This document shows, one piece after another, positions 1 through 8,786 of a stretch of DNA of 64,000 nt (positions are counted from its first letter, which is position 1; each line of letters starts with the position of its first letter). The notes beneath the pieces were generated by a model. That model saw only the letters and a program-made list of their open reading frames with translations. It did no database searches and had not been told where the DNA came from. The translations under genes and the position numbers were made by a program. Source of the stretch: Bacteroidota bacterium (lineage in GTDB: Bacteria > Bacteroidota > Bacteroidia > Flavobacteriales > Flavobacteriaceae). The stretch spans positions 1,314-65,313 of the forward strand of contig CANIFM010000001.1 in the NCBI GenBank assembly GCA_947466955.1, in the 5' to 3' direction.

Positions 1-794
1 CCACGCATATCTACAGTGGTAAATCTGTTTTCAGGGTCTTCTACCCATTCGTTACCTGGAACTCGGATGTAATCTATGCGAACCAATGGCAACAATCTTC
101 GTAATGCCTGTCTTTTTCCAAAAACTAACAATCCTGTGTAGGTTAATTTCCACTCGTCTTTATCTTTTTTGACGCACCCTAAAGCCCTTAATAAATCAAA
201 ATCACTATATCCTAATTCTTCTGCAAACTCATTTACTTTGGCACGCAAGTTTTTGTATAATGAAATGGCTTCTTCACTAATGTCTTCAATGCTGGTATCA
301 TTTACAATAGTGCTGTCTAAACTGTCTTCTTTGTTGTAGAAAACAAATAAATCATCCTCCGTACAACGTTGGTCACTTGAACCAATTCTGCGGTATGCTC
401 CTTGTGGTAATCCTTTGTTTTTGAAATACAATGGTTTTTGACCATCAGGCAATTCTTTGACAAACATTTTTAATACTAATTTGCCACTATCAAGTTTTTC
501 GATTTCTATATCTGGTCGAACAGGTTGGTTGAATAATGATGCTGTTTGGGAAGCAATATCTAATTGTAGCTTGTCTGGATTTGAAATTCCTTCGACAAAA
601 TAATTTTGAAATAATGATGTTTCGTCTTTTACTACCCCTAGCACAATTAATCCTCCGCCTAAACCTGGTTCGTTAGAAAATGCGCAAATGGTTTCCATTA
701 TAGAAGTATCAATTGCAGACCCTTTTTTGGCTTCAATTGTTGTGCATTCGTCTGTAATGTTTAAATGCTCTAATATGTCTTTTATGGATTCCAT
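1..794 (-). CDS. Schlafen/AlbA_2-domain ATP-binding protein, runs off window edge
   Basis: Manual translation from ATG 794: MESIKDILEHLNITDECTTIEAKKGSAIDTSIMETICAFSNEPGLGGGLIVLGV; EAK...ETICAFSN..GG.IVLGV is the AlbA_2 signature. Confidence 0.8.
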   Translation of the reverse strand, partial: MESIKDILEHLNITDECTTIEAKKGSAIDTSIMETICAFSNEPGLGGGLIVLGVVKDETSLFQNYFVEGISNPDKLQLDIASQTASLFNQPVRPDIEIEKLDSGKLVLKMFVKELPDGQKPLYFKNKGLPQGAYRRIGSSDQRCTEDDLFVFYNKEDSLDSTIVNDTSIEDISEEAISLYKNLRAKVNEFAEELGYSDFDLLRALGCVKKDKDEWKLTYTGLLVFGKRQALRRLLPLVRIDYIRVPGNEWVEDPENRFTTVDMR

Positions 795-1074
795 AGCATG
801 ATTTTACAATATTGATTGTGCAAAATTAAGTATATAATCTTTATTTATTGTTTGTTTTACAGGATATTGGTCTTGCATAAATACTTTATTTAATAAATTC
901 CAAACTGTTGCTGGGTTCTTTAGGTTTTGTGGGTGCTTGAAAGTAGTTATGAAAATAGCAAAGCACCGTCAAAAACCTTTTGATAACAATATTTTTTATT
1001 TGAATATTTTATAAATAAAGGTTTTGCTTTAAAAATTGAATAGAGACTTAATAGTTACAAATTTTTAAGGAAAA

Positions 1075-1842
1075 TTAATTACTTTTTAGATTGTAGTAAA
1101 CAAATTTTCTAGTTTCAATCCATACTTCTTTACCATTTTCTATAGATGTACTTTTAGTCCAGTTTCCAATAGTATCATATTCATAAATGTATCTAGTTTC
1201 TTTTTCTAACTCTCCTTTCTCATTGAATGATTTTATAGATAAACTATTTCCAATACTATCATTTTCGTATAAATCATAAGAGTTATTATTTGCTTCAACA
1301 ATTTTAATAATTTGATTATTTTCATAAATAAATTTGTAATGCAACCATTCTTGTCCATCAGAAAAACAGGTTATTTTTTCAACCAAGTTGCATTTTTCAT
1401 TATAATTTTCCGTTTCGTAATTATCCAATATTTTATAATTTCCAATAAAGTATCTACTTTCGATTTCATTTCCTTTATCATCGTATTTGTATGAAAGTGT
1501 ATTTTTAATTTTATTATCTAATCCATAACGTAATTCTTTGATTTTATATCCATTTTTATCAAATTTAAAAAGTGCTTTGGTAAATTTATAGTTGTCGTTT
1601 TTATGAGCAAAAACATACCCTGTTGGCATTCCTTTCCTATTGAATTGAGTAATTTTTGTATAAATATTAGTATTGATTCTCAAGATTTTACTAGAAGCAT
1701 CAATACTTACTCCATCTTCTGTGACTTCCTTAACATTGCCTTTTAAGATTTTCTTTCCAGAATAATTGTTGCATTGTGAATTCATATTTAAACTAAATAA
1801 AAAACTCAAACTAAACAACAATCTAAAATGTATAATTTTCAT
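1075..1842 (-). CDS. Secreted protein with YD/RHS-like repeats
   Basis: Signal-like N-terminus from ATG 1842 (MKIIHFRLLFSLSFLF); repeats YKYDDKGN, YENDSIGN, YEYDTIGNW. Confidence 0.6.
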   Translation of the reverse strand: MKIIHFRLLFSLSFLFSLNMNSQCNNYSGKKILKGNVKEVTEDGVSIDASSKILRINTNIYTKITQFNRKGMPTGYVFAHKNDNYKFTKALFKFDKNGYKIKELRYGLDNKIKNTLSYKYDDKGNEIESRYFIGNYKILDNYETENYNEKCNLVEKITCFSDGQEWLHYKFIYENNQIIKIVEANNNSYDLYENDSIGNSLSIKSFNEKGELEKETRYIYEYDTIGNWTKSTSIENGKEVWIETRKFVYYNLKSN

Positions 1843-1846
1843 ATTT

Positions 1847-2269
1847 CTATTTCTTTTTATCATTCAAACAAGGCTTAAACTCTTGAATGTATTCGGTTTC
1901 TTTTAATTGAACGTTGATGCCGTCTTCAAAAGCAACGCATTCAATAGTAAAGTTGGAGCAAATAAATTCTTTGGTTTGTTTTTGCAAATCCTTATTCTTT
2001 TTATCTTTAATATCAAAATCTAAGTAACGACCCATTTTTCTAACAAATGTTGCACCTTCAAAGTTAGACCATCCCATTTCTTGCTTGGCTCTGTTTCCTA
2101 AATGACTTGATTTGGTTAGTTCAGCTTTACCAATATAGGCTATTTCACTAGAATAATTATATTTTAATTTTTCGCATAATGATATCATTAACTCTTGGTT
2201 TTTTGGTCTAATGATATAAAGACCTTGTTTGCCTTTAAAGGCTTTTAAATAATCAATTACTGTTTCCAT
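1847..2269 (-). CDS. GIY-YIG nuclease family protein
   Basis: GLYII...AYIGKA...LGNR...ETEYIQEFKPCLN matches the GIY-YIG Y/Y/R/E/N pattern. Confidence 0.7.
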   Translation of the reverse strand: METVIDYLKAFKGKQGLYIIRPKNQELMISLCEKLKYNYSSEIAYIGKAELTKSSHLGNRAKQEMGWSNFEGATFVRKMGRYLDFDIKDKKNKDLQKQTKEFICSNFTIECVAFEDGINVQLKETEYIQEFKPCLNDKKK

Positions 2270-2319
2270 AGTTATATATTTAAGTTAATTTGATAATGAT
2301 GAATTGAAATTATTTTCAG

Positions 2320-2372
2320 CAAAACTAAAACCCTGTTAAGACAAAAAATGACAAAGTTCTTTTTTACCTTTG
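2320..2372. promoter_or_regulatory. Bidirectional promoter with central palindromic operator (copy 1)
   Basis: GACA-AAAAA-TGAC 2340-2352; TACCTTTG 2365-2372 (+) and CAAAACTA 2320-2327 (TAGTTTTG on -), each 12 nt away. Confidence 0.75.
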
Positions 2373-2391
2373 TTCAAACAATTAAATTCTC

Positions 2392-3390
2392 ATGGAAGAC
2401 TACAGCAAAAAAAGGCTCTATAAAAAAATCATTGTTAAGCTCCTAAGAGAAAAGAAACTTTCTATTGAAGAGCTTTTGACCGAATTAAATGATATTTTAA
2501 AAGACGACTACGGATTTGAACCTATCTCAAGGAGAACCTTTGATAGAGCCAAAGAAAGTTTAATTGAAAATGGCTATCAAATAAATTCCCGAAAGTTTAA
2601 CGGTAGAAACTATTTTGTATTGGAAGGCTATCCAGACAATCTGAATCTTACACAGGAAGAACAGCTAACTTTTCCGCTTCTTATTGGTTTGTTGGACACC
2701 GAGAAAACTATGAACTCAGTAGAGTGGCTTAAATCAGCTTTAATGGATGAGTTTGATTATAGCAAAGAAGATTTAAACCCGTATCCTTATTTTGTTCACG
2801 TACAACCCACTTTAAACAGCCAAGACAAATTGCTTATACTGGCTGGAAAAATTATTGAATACATCAAAAAAGGGCAAGCCATATTATTTCAATACCAAAA
2901 GAAAGGAATTACAGAATTTAAACAAGTGGCTCCTTTACAGATTCGGTATTATGACAATAGATATTATTTGTTGGCAAGCACAATTGACGTTACAACTTAT
3001 CAGCCAACCAACTTATTGCAAACTTTTACATTAGATATGTTTGTAGAAAAAAATGTAAATCCTGCTATTGATGAAAGTGATGAAAACGCTACAGAACCAA
3101 AACACATTTTCTTTGATTATGATACTTTGTACAAAGCTACTCGAATAGAAGAATTACTGAAGCACAGCTTGGGAATTTGGTATGATTGGAAAGATAACAA
3201 GCTAAAATCTTACCGATTGAAATTTACCGATTGGGCTATGGGGATTGTGAAAAACAAAAAAATCCATCCTTCTCAAAAAACAATCCAAGATACTCCTGAA
3301 AACTTAATTATAGAAATTACTGTATGGGACAACCACGAAATTGATTATTTCTTGGGAAGGTTTGGGGATAAATGTGAGAGGTTAAATTAG
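2392..3390 (+). CDS. WYL-domain transcriptional regulator (wHTH-WYL-WCX), paralog 1
   Basis: wHTH (ISRRTFDRAKESL), WYL core VAPLQIRYYDNRYYLL, C-terminal KIHPSQK typical of WCX. Confidence 0.85.
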   Translation: MEDYSKKRLYKKIIVKLLREKKLSIEELLTELNDILKDDYGFEPISRRTFDRAKESLIENGYQINSRKFNGRNYFVLEGYPDNLNLTQEEQLTFPLLIGLLDTEKTMNSVEWLKSALMDEFDYSKEDLNPYPYFVHVQPTLNSQDKLLILAGKIIEYIKKGQAILFQYQKKGITEFKQVAPLQIRYYDNRYYLLASTIDVTTYQPTNLLQTFTLDMFVEKNVNPAIDESDENATEPKHIFFDYDTLYKATRIEELLKHSLGIWYDWKDNKLKSYRLKFTDWAMGIVKNKKIHPSQKTIQDTPENLIIEITVWDNHEIDYFLGRFGDKCERLN

Positions 3391-4436
3391 GGAAGTTCGT
3401 TTAATAATCTGGAAACACATTCTGCACTGTACTTTGAATTTACCATTTTTGAGCCTATATTACCAACTATCCAAATATTTTGCCATTGTGGCAAAGTAGG
3501 ATTTAAATTAAGCTTGTATTCATTTGATAAAGAATAAATAACATTATTATTATCTATTTCATTTATTTTAATATAATCTTGAATAGCCATAGAAAGTTCG
3601 TCCCCCCAAAAACCTTCTTTTCCTTTTTTTATTTTTAAATGATAATCGTTAATATAATCATCATGTTTTATGATACCATATAATCCTGAAACGATTAATA
3701 AATGTAAATTACTGTTTTTGATTTTAGTTTCATATAATTCTTTCATATCAGGTTTATAAAAAGGAGAACCATTACTCCCATAAACTTCTAATGCCTTACG
3801 CCTATTATTTTCATTAAGACAATTCATAAAATAACTTTTATCTACAATTTCTTTATTCCTTTTTTTCTTGGCGTTAGTAAAGTAACTATTAGGTAATTTT
3901 TTATAATATTCAATTCTTAATTTTCTTAATATATCAATATTGTTTCCAAAACTAAAATTAGATTTTCCAGAATTGGGCAAGTTAATTGGTTGATTTGATT
4001 TTGCATCACAACATCCTATTATTAAAAGTTTTGGAGTTTGGTGATTTTTTAGTTTTTCCCAGTCTAATAATTCTAATTTTTTGGCGATTTCTTTATCAAT
4101 ATAAGAATTATGATTTGAGTCTTTTGGAGTTGAATTTTTTGGATTTGATTTTTTAGGAGATATTTTTTCTAAATTATAATCTTCTATGTTGATTAAACCA
4201 TTTGTTGATTTTTCTTTTGTAAAATGATTTAATATAATATCAGATAATTTTTGTGGTGTTAAGTTATTTAAATTCAAATTTAAACCTATATGTAAAATAT
4301 ATTTTTTTAGTAAGGCTGTTTTATTTCCAATAAATAAATTTTCATTTATTTGTATAATAGGTTTATCATTTCTATAATATGTTAATTTGTAATCAATATT
4401 TTCTAGTCTAAATGTATGTTCGTTAATTCTTGGCAT
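3387..4436 (-). CDS. YaaA/DUF328-DUF6884-like protein
   Basis: LLIIGCCDAK...ALEVY...LLIVSGLYGII...INDYHLK resemble YaaA-like family motifs. Confidence 0.6.
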   Translation of the reverse strand: MPRINEHTFRLENIDYKLTYYRNDKPIIQINENLFIGNKTALLKKYILHIGLNLNLNNLTPQKLSDIILNHFTKEKSTNGLINIEDYNLEKISPKKSNPKNSTPKDSNHNSYIDKEIAKKLELLDWEKLKNHQTPKLLIIGCCDAKSNQPINLPNSGKSNFSFGNNIDILRKLRIEYYKKLPNSYFTNAKKKRNKEIVDKSYFMNCLNENNRRKALEVYGSNGSPFYKPDMKELYETKIKNSNLHLLIVSGLYGIIKHDDYINDYHLKIKKGKEGFWGDELSMAIQDYIKINEIDNNNVIYSLSNEYKLNLNPTLPQWQNIWIVGNIGSKMVNSKYSAECVSRLLNELP

Positions 4437-4446
4437 AACTATTTTA

Positions 4447-5385
4447 TTAATTTATTGGACAAACTCTAACTGTTATTTCTTCAATATTATGTTGTATCAT
4501 TTCATTTTGGACAACTTGCCATTTTGATATTCCATTAGCGTCACCTGCTGTAAAATATTCAGTAACTGTTCTTAAAAGAGTTCGTATTGTTCTAATTGCG
4601 TTTCCATTGTTTTGAATATATAAATTTTGACCATTTAGTGGATTCATTATCTCAATTGTACAACAGCCAACTGGTAAATTTTGAATATTCCCTGCTATAA
4701 TTGCTATTGATTCGTCTTGTTGTACTTTAAATTCAAAACAATTATTATTGTTGTTATTCAAAGAATTAACTACTTTATTTGTTTTTATTGACGTTTTGGG
4801 AATATCAGTAATTTTTCTTTTTTCCTTTGAAAATTTTACATTTCTATTATTTTGAACATTTAATAATTTCAATCCATCAGCTAAATAAGATTTAATTAAA
4901 TCTTCTTCAATTTTTTTATTAATTGGTCTGATTTCATTTTTATCTAATGTATTAAAACCTTGACCAGAATATAATTTAAAAGGAATGAAACAAATTTTTA
5001 CTTCTTGGTGTAATTGAATAAAATGTTCATTATTACCTAGATTAAGAGTTTCAATTTGCATCCAATTATCTATCCAATGCTGGTGATTTTGGTCGTCATA
5101 GCGAATTGTATCTAATAAATGATGAGCTAGTGTTCCTAAGTGGTACGCATGACTTCTTTTCCATCTTCCACCATTCTGGAAAGATTTGCCAACATAATAA
5201 AATCCTTCTCTACTTTCAGTCCAAGCAACATAAAGATGTGGTAAATCTTTAATTTGGTTGTAAACTATTTCAGCTTCTTTAGAAAAGAAGAAACCTCTAT
5301 TATCAAAAACAACATTGTTTATTGTATCAACATTTTTAAAAAGGGTTTGTGAATTATTTCTCACATAATTTTTAATTATATCCAT
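4447..5385 (-). CDS. GIY-YIG-like nuclease with C-terminal extension
   Basis: HLYVAW...FYYVGKS...GRWKR...IEEDLIK...LLNVQNN. Confidence 0.55.
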   Translation of the reverse strand: MDIIKNYVRNNSQTLFKNVDTINNVVFDNRGFFFSKEAEIVYNQIKDLPHLYVAWTESREGFYYVGKSFQNGGRWKRSHAYHLGTLAHHLLDTIRYDDQNHQHWIDNWMQIETLNLGNNEHFIQLHQEVKICFIPFKLYSGQGFNTLDKNEIRPINKKIEEDLIKSYLADGLKLLNVQNNRNVKFSKEKRKITDIPKTSIKTNKVVNSLNNNNNNCFEFKVQQDESIAIIAGNIQNLPVGCCTIEIMNPLNGQNLYIQNNGNAIRTIRTLLRTVTEYFTAGDANGISKWQVVQNEMIQHNIEEITVRVCPIN

Positions 5386-5464
5386 ATTAAATTGTTTTAG
5401 AATTTTTTAAATATATTAAATTGTTTTGGATTTTCCAAATTGGACATGTAATTAGTTGTAGTTA

Positions 5465-5497
5465 GTCAATAAATGTCTAACAACTATTTTACTTTTG
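5465..5497 (+). promoter_or_regulatory. Operator copy 2 plus -7 promoter element
   Basis: GTCA-ATAAA-TGTC 5465-5477, 12 nt, TACTTTTG 5490-5497. Confidence 0.75.
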
Positions 5498-5516
5498 TAC
5501 ATTAAATCAACTATTT

Positions 5517-6137
5517 ATGCAAAATAAAAACATCTTTGAAAAAATACTACCAGTAACTGATACAAGTCATATTTGTTCTGAAATTGTAACAAATTATAGA
5601 ATAGCAAATGACATTAAGGATAATGATTTTAGACATGTTTATGTGGTATATGGTCTTCAAGAAAACCAACCCCTAGTGTTCAATTTAATTTTCATGACCA
5701 CCTTTGAGGAAGTACCTCTTGTTAGTTTTACATATTATTTACAACAAATATCAACAAAATCTTTTTACCAGCTTTTATATTTGGTTACTTATTATAGATT
5801 TTTCAAAGAAGATGAGGATAATTTATCTCTATTTAAAGATAACAAAAGTACTGGTGCAGTAGCTTCCTATTTAGAAAGCACCAATGGTAAATTGTTGTAC
5901 CATTACCAAGTGGAACAATTGCACCGTTCTATTACCAACTCTACTATTGAAGAAGCCATTACTTTCAGAAAAGCAATTAACTTGAAACGACCAAGTGCCT
6001 TTGAAAAAGCAAAAGCGATGTTGTTGCCTTCGGGAGAATCCTTGTTTGATGTTCTAACAAAATATAGGTTTCGGGATTTTACTTTATATCCTAAAATAAA
6101 AGAAGCAATTGCATTGTATAACTATTTGAATCAATAA
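5517..6137 (+). CDS. Hypothetical protein with DnaE (Pol III alpha) finger-like segment
   Basis: YLESTNGKLLYHYQVEQL...EEAITFRKAINLKR resembles DnaE ILxETxGxxVYQEQVMQ...EADxLRRAMGKKK. Confidence 0.45.
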   Translation: MQNKNIFEKILPVTDTSHICSEIVTNYRIANDIKDNDFRHVYVVYGLQENQPLVFNLIFMTTFEEVPLVSFTYYLQQISTKSFYQLLYLVTYYRFFKEDEDNLSLFKDNKSTGAVASYLESTNGKLLYHYQVEQLHRSITNSTIEEAITFRKAINLKRPSAFEKAKAMLLPSGESLFDVLTKYRFRDFTLYPKIKEAIALYNYLNQ

Positions 6138-6139
6138 CT

Positions 6140-6622
6140 ATGATAACTATTGTAAAAGCAAGACCCGAACATGTTGAAGCAATTGTTTCCCTTTGGGAAG
6201 ATTTGATGGAAATTCAAAAAAAATTAGATGCTGAATTTTTTGATGCTACTGATTTGTGTATTGAAGAATACGCTAGTGGTGTCAGAGGAACCATAAGTAG
6301 TTCATCGGATGATAGGAAGGTATTTGTAGCCCTTGCCAATGAAACAGTTGTTGGATATGTTACAGTTGAAATCATGCATTTTTCAATGTTGTATTATAAT
6401 TTTGACTCCTTATGTGTTATAGGTGATATAATGATTGACGAAAAATTTCATAATCAAGGAATTGGAGAAAGATTTATTCAAGAAGCCAGTAAGGTAGCCA
6501 AAAAGCAAAATGTAAATAAGATTATGCTCAATGTGTTTTCTAAAAATGAGAAAGGCTATGCCTATTTCAAACATTTAGGATTCCAAGATACTTTTAACAA
6601 AATGACGTTGAAAATAGAATAA
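6140..6622 (+). CDS. GNAT family N-acetyltransferase
   Basis: IMIDEKFHNQGIG motif A; LNVFSKNEKGYAYFKHLGF motif B. Confidence 0.9.
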   Translation: MITIVKARPEHVEAIVSLWEDLMEIQKKLDAEFFDATDLCIEEYASGVRGTISSSSDDRKVFVALANETVVGYVTVEIMHFSMLYYNFDSLCVIGDIMIDEKFHNQGIGERFIQEASKVAKKQNVNKIMLNVFSKNEKGYAYFKHLGFQDTFNKMTLKIE

Positions 6623-6635
6623 AGAAAATTGCTTT

Positions 6636-6668
6636 GTCATAATTTGACAATCTTATTCCTTATATTTG
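6636..6668 (+). promoter_or_regulatory. Operator copy 3 plus -7 promoter element
   Basis: GTCA-TAATT-TGAC 6636-6648, 12 nt, TATATTTG 6661-6668. Confidence 0.8.
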
Positions 6669-6779
6669 AATTCTAATTTATATCAATGCCAAAATTTATA
6701 AAATGAATATACTTTTTTCCTTATGATCCTGAGCATTAAATATTTCAAGATATTAATTACCAATTTAAAATAGCAACTA

Positions 6780-7373
6780 ATGAACCACGAATTAATAATA
6801 AAACTATTTAGGGAAAAACTAGTATTAAATCAAATTTATTCGAGAATAGAACTTGATGATTTAATCCAAAAAAATTTAGGTATTTCTATAAATATTACTG
6901 CACTTACCTATAATAGATGGAATGAAGGAATGAATGAAACTTTGTGTTTGTTTGAGTATGTAGATAGGGCAAAATATAAATTTATTGATACTGAAGAGAT
7001 TTCAAAATTTACTGGACAAGTTTCTCATTTTCCACAAGGGGATGGAAAAGAATACTTGATTGGAAACTTCAAAAAAGGAAAGATGAATTACTTAAATGGA
7101 GTATTAAATTTTAAGGAATGGAAAAAAACAAAAGATACAGGTGCTAGAATAATAAGCGAAGGCACTAAATTTGAGGTTGAAAAAGAGGGGCAATTTTTTA
7201 AATTTTATATTTCTGATGGAATTACTAAAGATTTTAAAGATGGTTATGGTTCAATAGGTATTAATTCCGCACTTGGTAGAGAATTTATTGGGAAAAAAGT
7301 GGATACTATAATTAATTTTATAGTAATAAGTATTTTATTAAAAAAATCATTTAAATTAAATGAAATATTCTAA
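6780..7373 (+). CDS. Hypothetical protein with GreA/GreB C-terminal-like domain
   Basis: SIGINSALGREFIGKKVDT resembles GreA IS..SPLG.ALLGK.VGD; N-terminal YNRWN...LFEY domain unassigned. Confidence 0.45.
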   Translation: MNHELIIKLFREKLVLNQIYSRIELDDLIQKNLGISINITALTYNRWNEGMNETLCLFEYVDRAKYKFIDTEEISKFTGQVSHFPQGDGKEYLIGNFKKGKMNYLNGVLNFKEWKKTKDTGARIISEGTKFEVEKEGQFFKFYISDGITKDFKDGYGSIGINSALGREFIGKKVDTIINFIVISILLKKSFKLNEIF

Positions 7374-8355
7374 ACCCGAATTATATAAAAAGCTTATTCT
7401 AAATATTTTAAGAGAAAATAAAATTACTATTGAAGTTCTTTTGGAAAAATTAAATAAGCTATTGTATTCAGATTACAGCATGAATACTATCGAAAGGCGA
7501 ACTTTAGACAGGTCATTGAAAGGGTTGCGAGAAGATGGATTTAAGATTTCTCCAAAAAACATAAATGGTGTGTTTTATTATATTTTAGATAAAAATTCTA
7601 ACTCTGAGATATTAACAGAAGAAGAACAACTCACTTTTCCATTGCTATTAGGCTTATTAGATACTGAAAAAAGTATGAAAGCGGTTGAATGGATGAGGGT
7701 AACATTAATTGATGAATTTAATTTCAGTAGGAATGATTTAAAAGCTCACCCCTATTTTGTTAATGTTCAACCCACGCTAAATAATCAGGAGAAATTACTT
7801 ATTCTTGCAGGCAAGATTATAGATTTTATGAAGAAGGGGAATGTAATTCAATTTTTATACGAAAAAAAAGGAGTTATTGAATTAAAACAAGTTGCTCCAT
7901 TACAAATACGATATTATAATAATAGATATTATATGCTTGGAAGTTCGATTGATGAAATATCAAATAAACCATCCAACTTATTGCACACATTTATTTTAGA
8001 CTTGTTTGTAGAAAATCAAGTTTATAAAGCTGTTGAAGAAACAGATGAAATAAATGCTGAAGAAAAACATATTTATTTTGATTATGATGAATTATTTAAA
8101 ATGACCAATCTAGAATATTTATTAGATAATAGTATGGGAATGTGGTTTGATTGGGAAATAAATATTCTTAAAACTATTAGACTAAAATTTACTGGTTGGG
8201 CAATTAGTGTAGTTAAAAACAAAAAAATTCATCAATCACAAAAAATAATTCAAGATACACCAGAGTTTTTAATAATTGAAATTTGTGTTTGGGATAACCA
8301 TCAAACCAATAATTACTTCAGTAGATTTTGGAATAATTGTGAGAGATTAAATTAA
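7360..8355 (+). CDS. WYL-domain transcriptional regulator, paralog 2
   Basis: Collinear with 2392-3390 (EEQLTFPLL, VAPLQIRYY.NRYY, KKIH.SQK, CERLN). Confidence 0.85.
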   Translation: MKYSKPELYKKLILNILRENKITIEVLLEKLNKLLYSDYSMNTIERRTLDRSLKGLREDGFKISPKNINGVFYYILDKNSNSEILTEEEQLTFPLLLGLLDTEKSMKAVEWMRVTLIDEFNFSRNDLKAHPYFVNVQPTLNNQEKLLILAGKIIDFMKKGNVIQFLYEKKGVIELKQVAPLQIRYYNNRYYMLGSSIDEISNKPSNLLHTFILDLFVENQVYKAVEETDEINAEEKHIYFDYDELFKMTNLEYLLDNSMGMWFDWEINILKTIRLKFTGWAISVVKNKKIHQSQKIIQDTPEFLIIEICVWDNHQTNNYFSRFWNNCERLN

Positions 8356-8492
8356 TTCTTAATTCCTTATTTTTTCAACTTCATTTATTAATTAATTTTT
8401 TTAAACATAATAAAAAGTTGAGTCCAGAAACCACTATAAGAAACGGGGCACCTGCCGAAAAGCATTATGATTAGGATATAAAAATAAAAAAA

Positions 8493-8681
8493 ATGAGCTC
8501 AACAGTATTAAGAAACGCATCAAATGTGAAAATTGGTGAAATTAGAGATGAAGGAAATAAACTAGTTATTTATAACGCATCTAACGTAAGAAAAGGGCAT
8601 TATGATAAATCAAGTAATATAACTTATTCAGCATCTAATGTAAAAGTTGGAACAGGTAATTTATTGACAACTTTGTTATAA
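8493..8681 (+). CDS. 62-aa protein with three (N/S)ASNV(K/R)xG repeats
   Basis: RNASNVKIG, YNASNVRKG, YSASNVKVG; A-rich leader before ATG. Confidence 0.6.
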   Translation: MSSTVLRNASNVKIGEIRDEGNKLVIYNASNVRKGHYDKSSNITYSASNVKVGTGNLLTTLL

Positions 8682-8786
8682 GTTATTGATTATCTAATTC
8701 TAAAGTTGTAATTAATCTTAATTTCAATTATGGGAATTTCCAAAAAAAAATAAAGAAAAATAATATAATCACGATAATTAATAATA

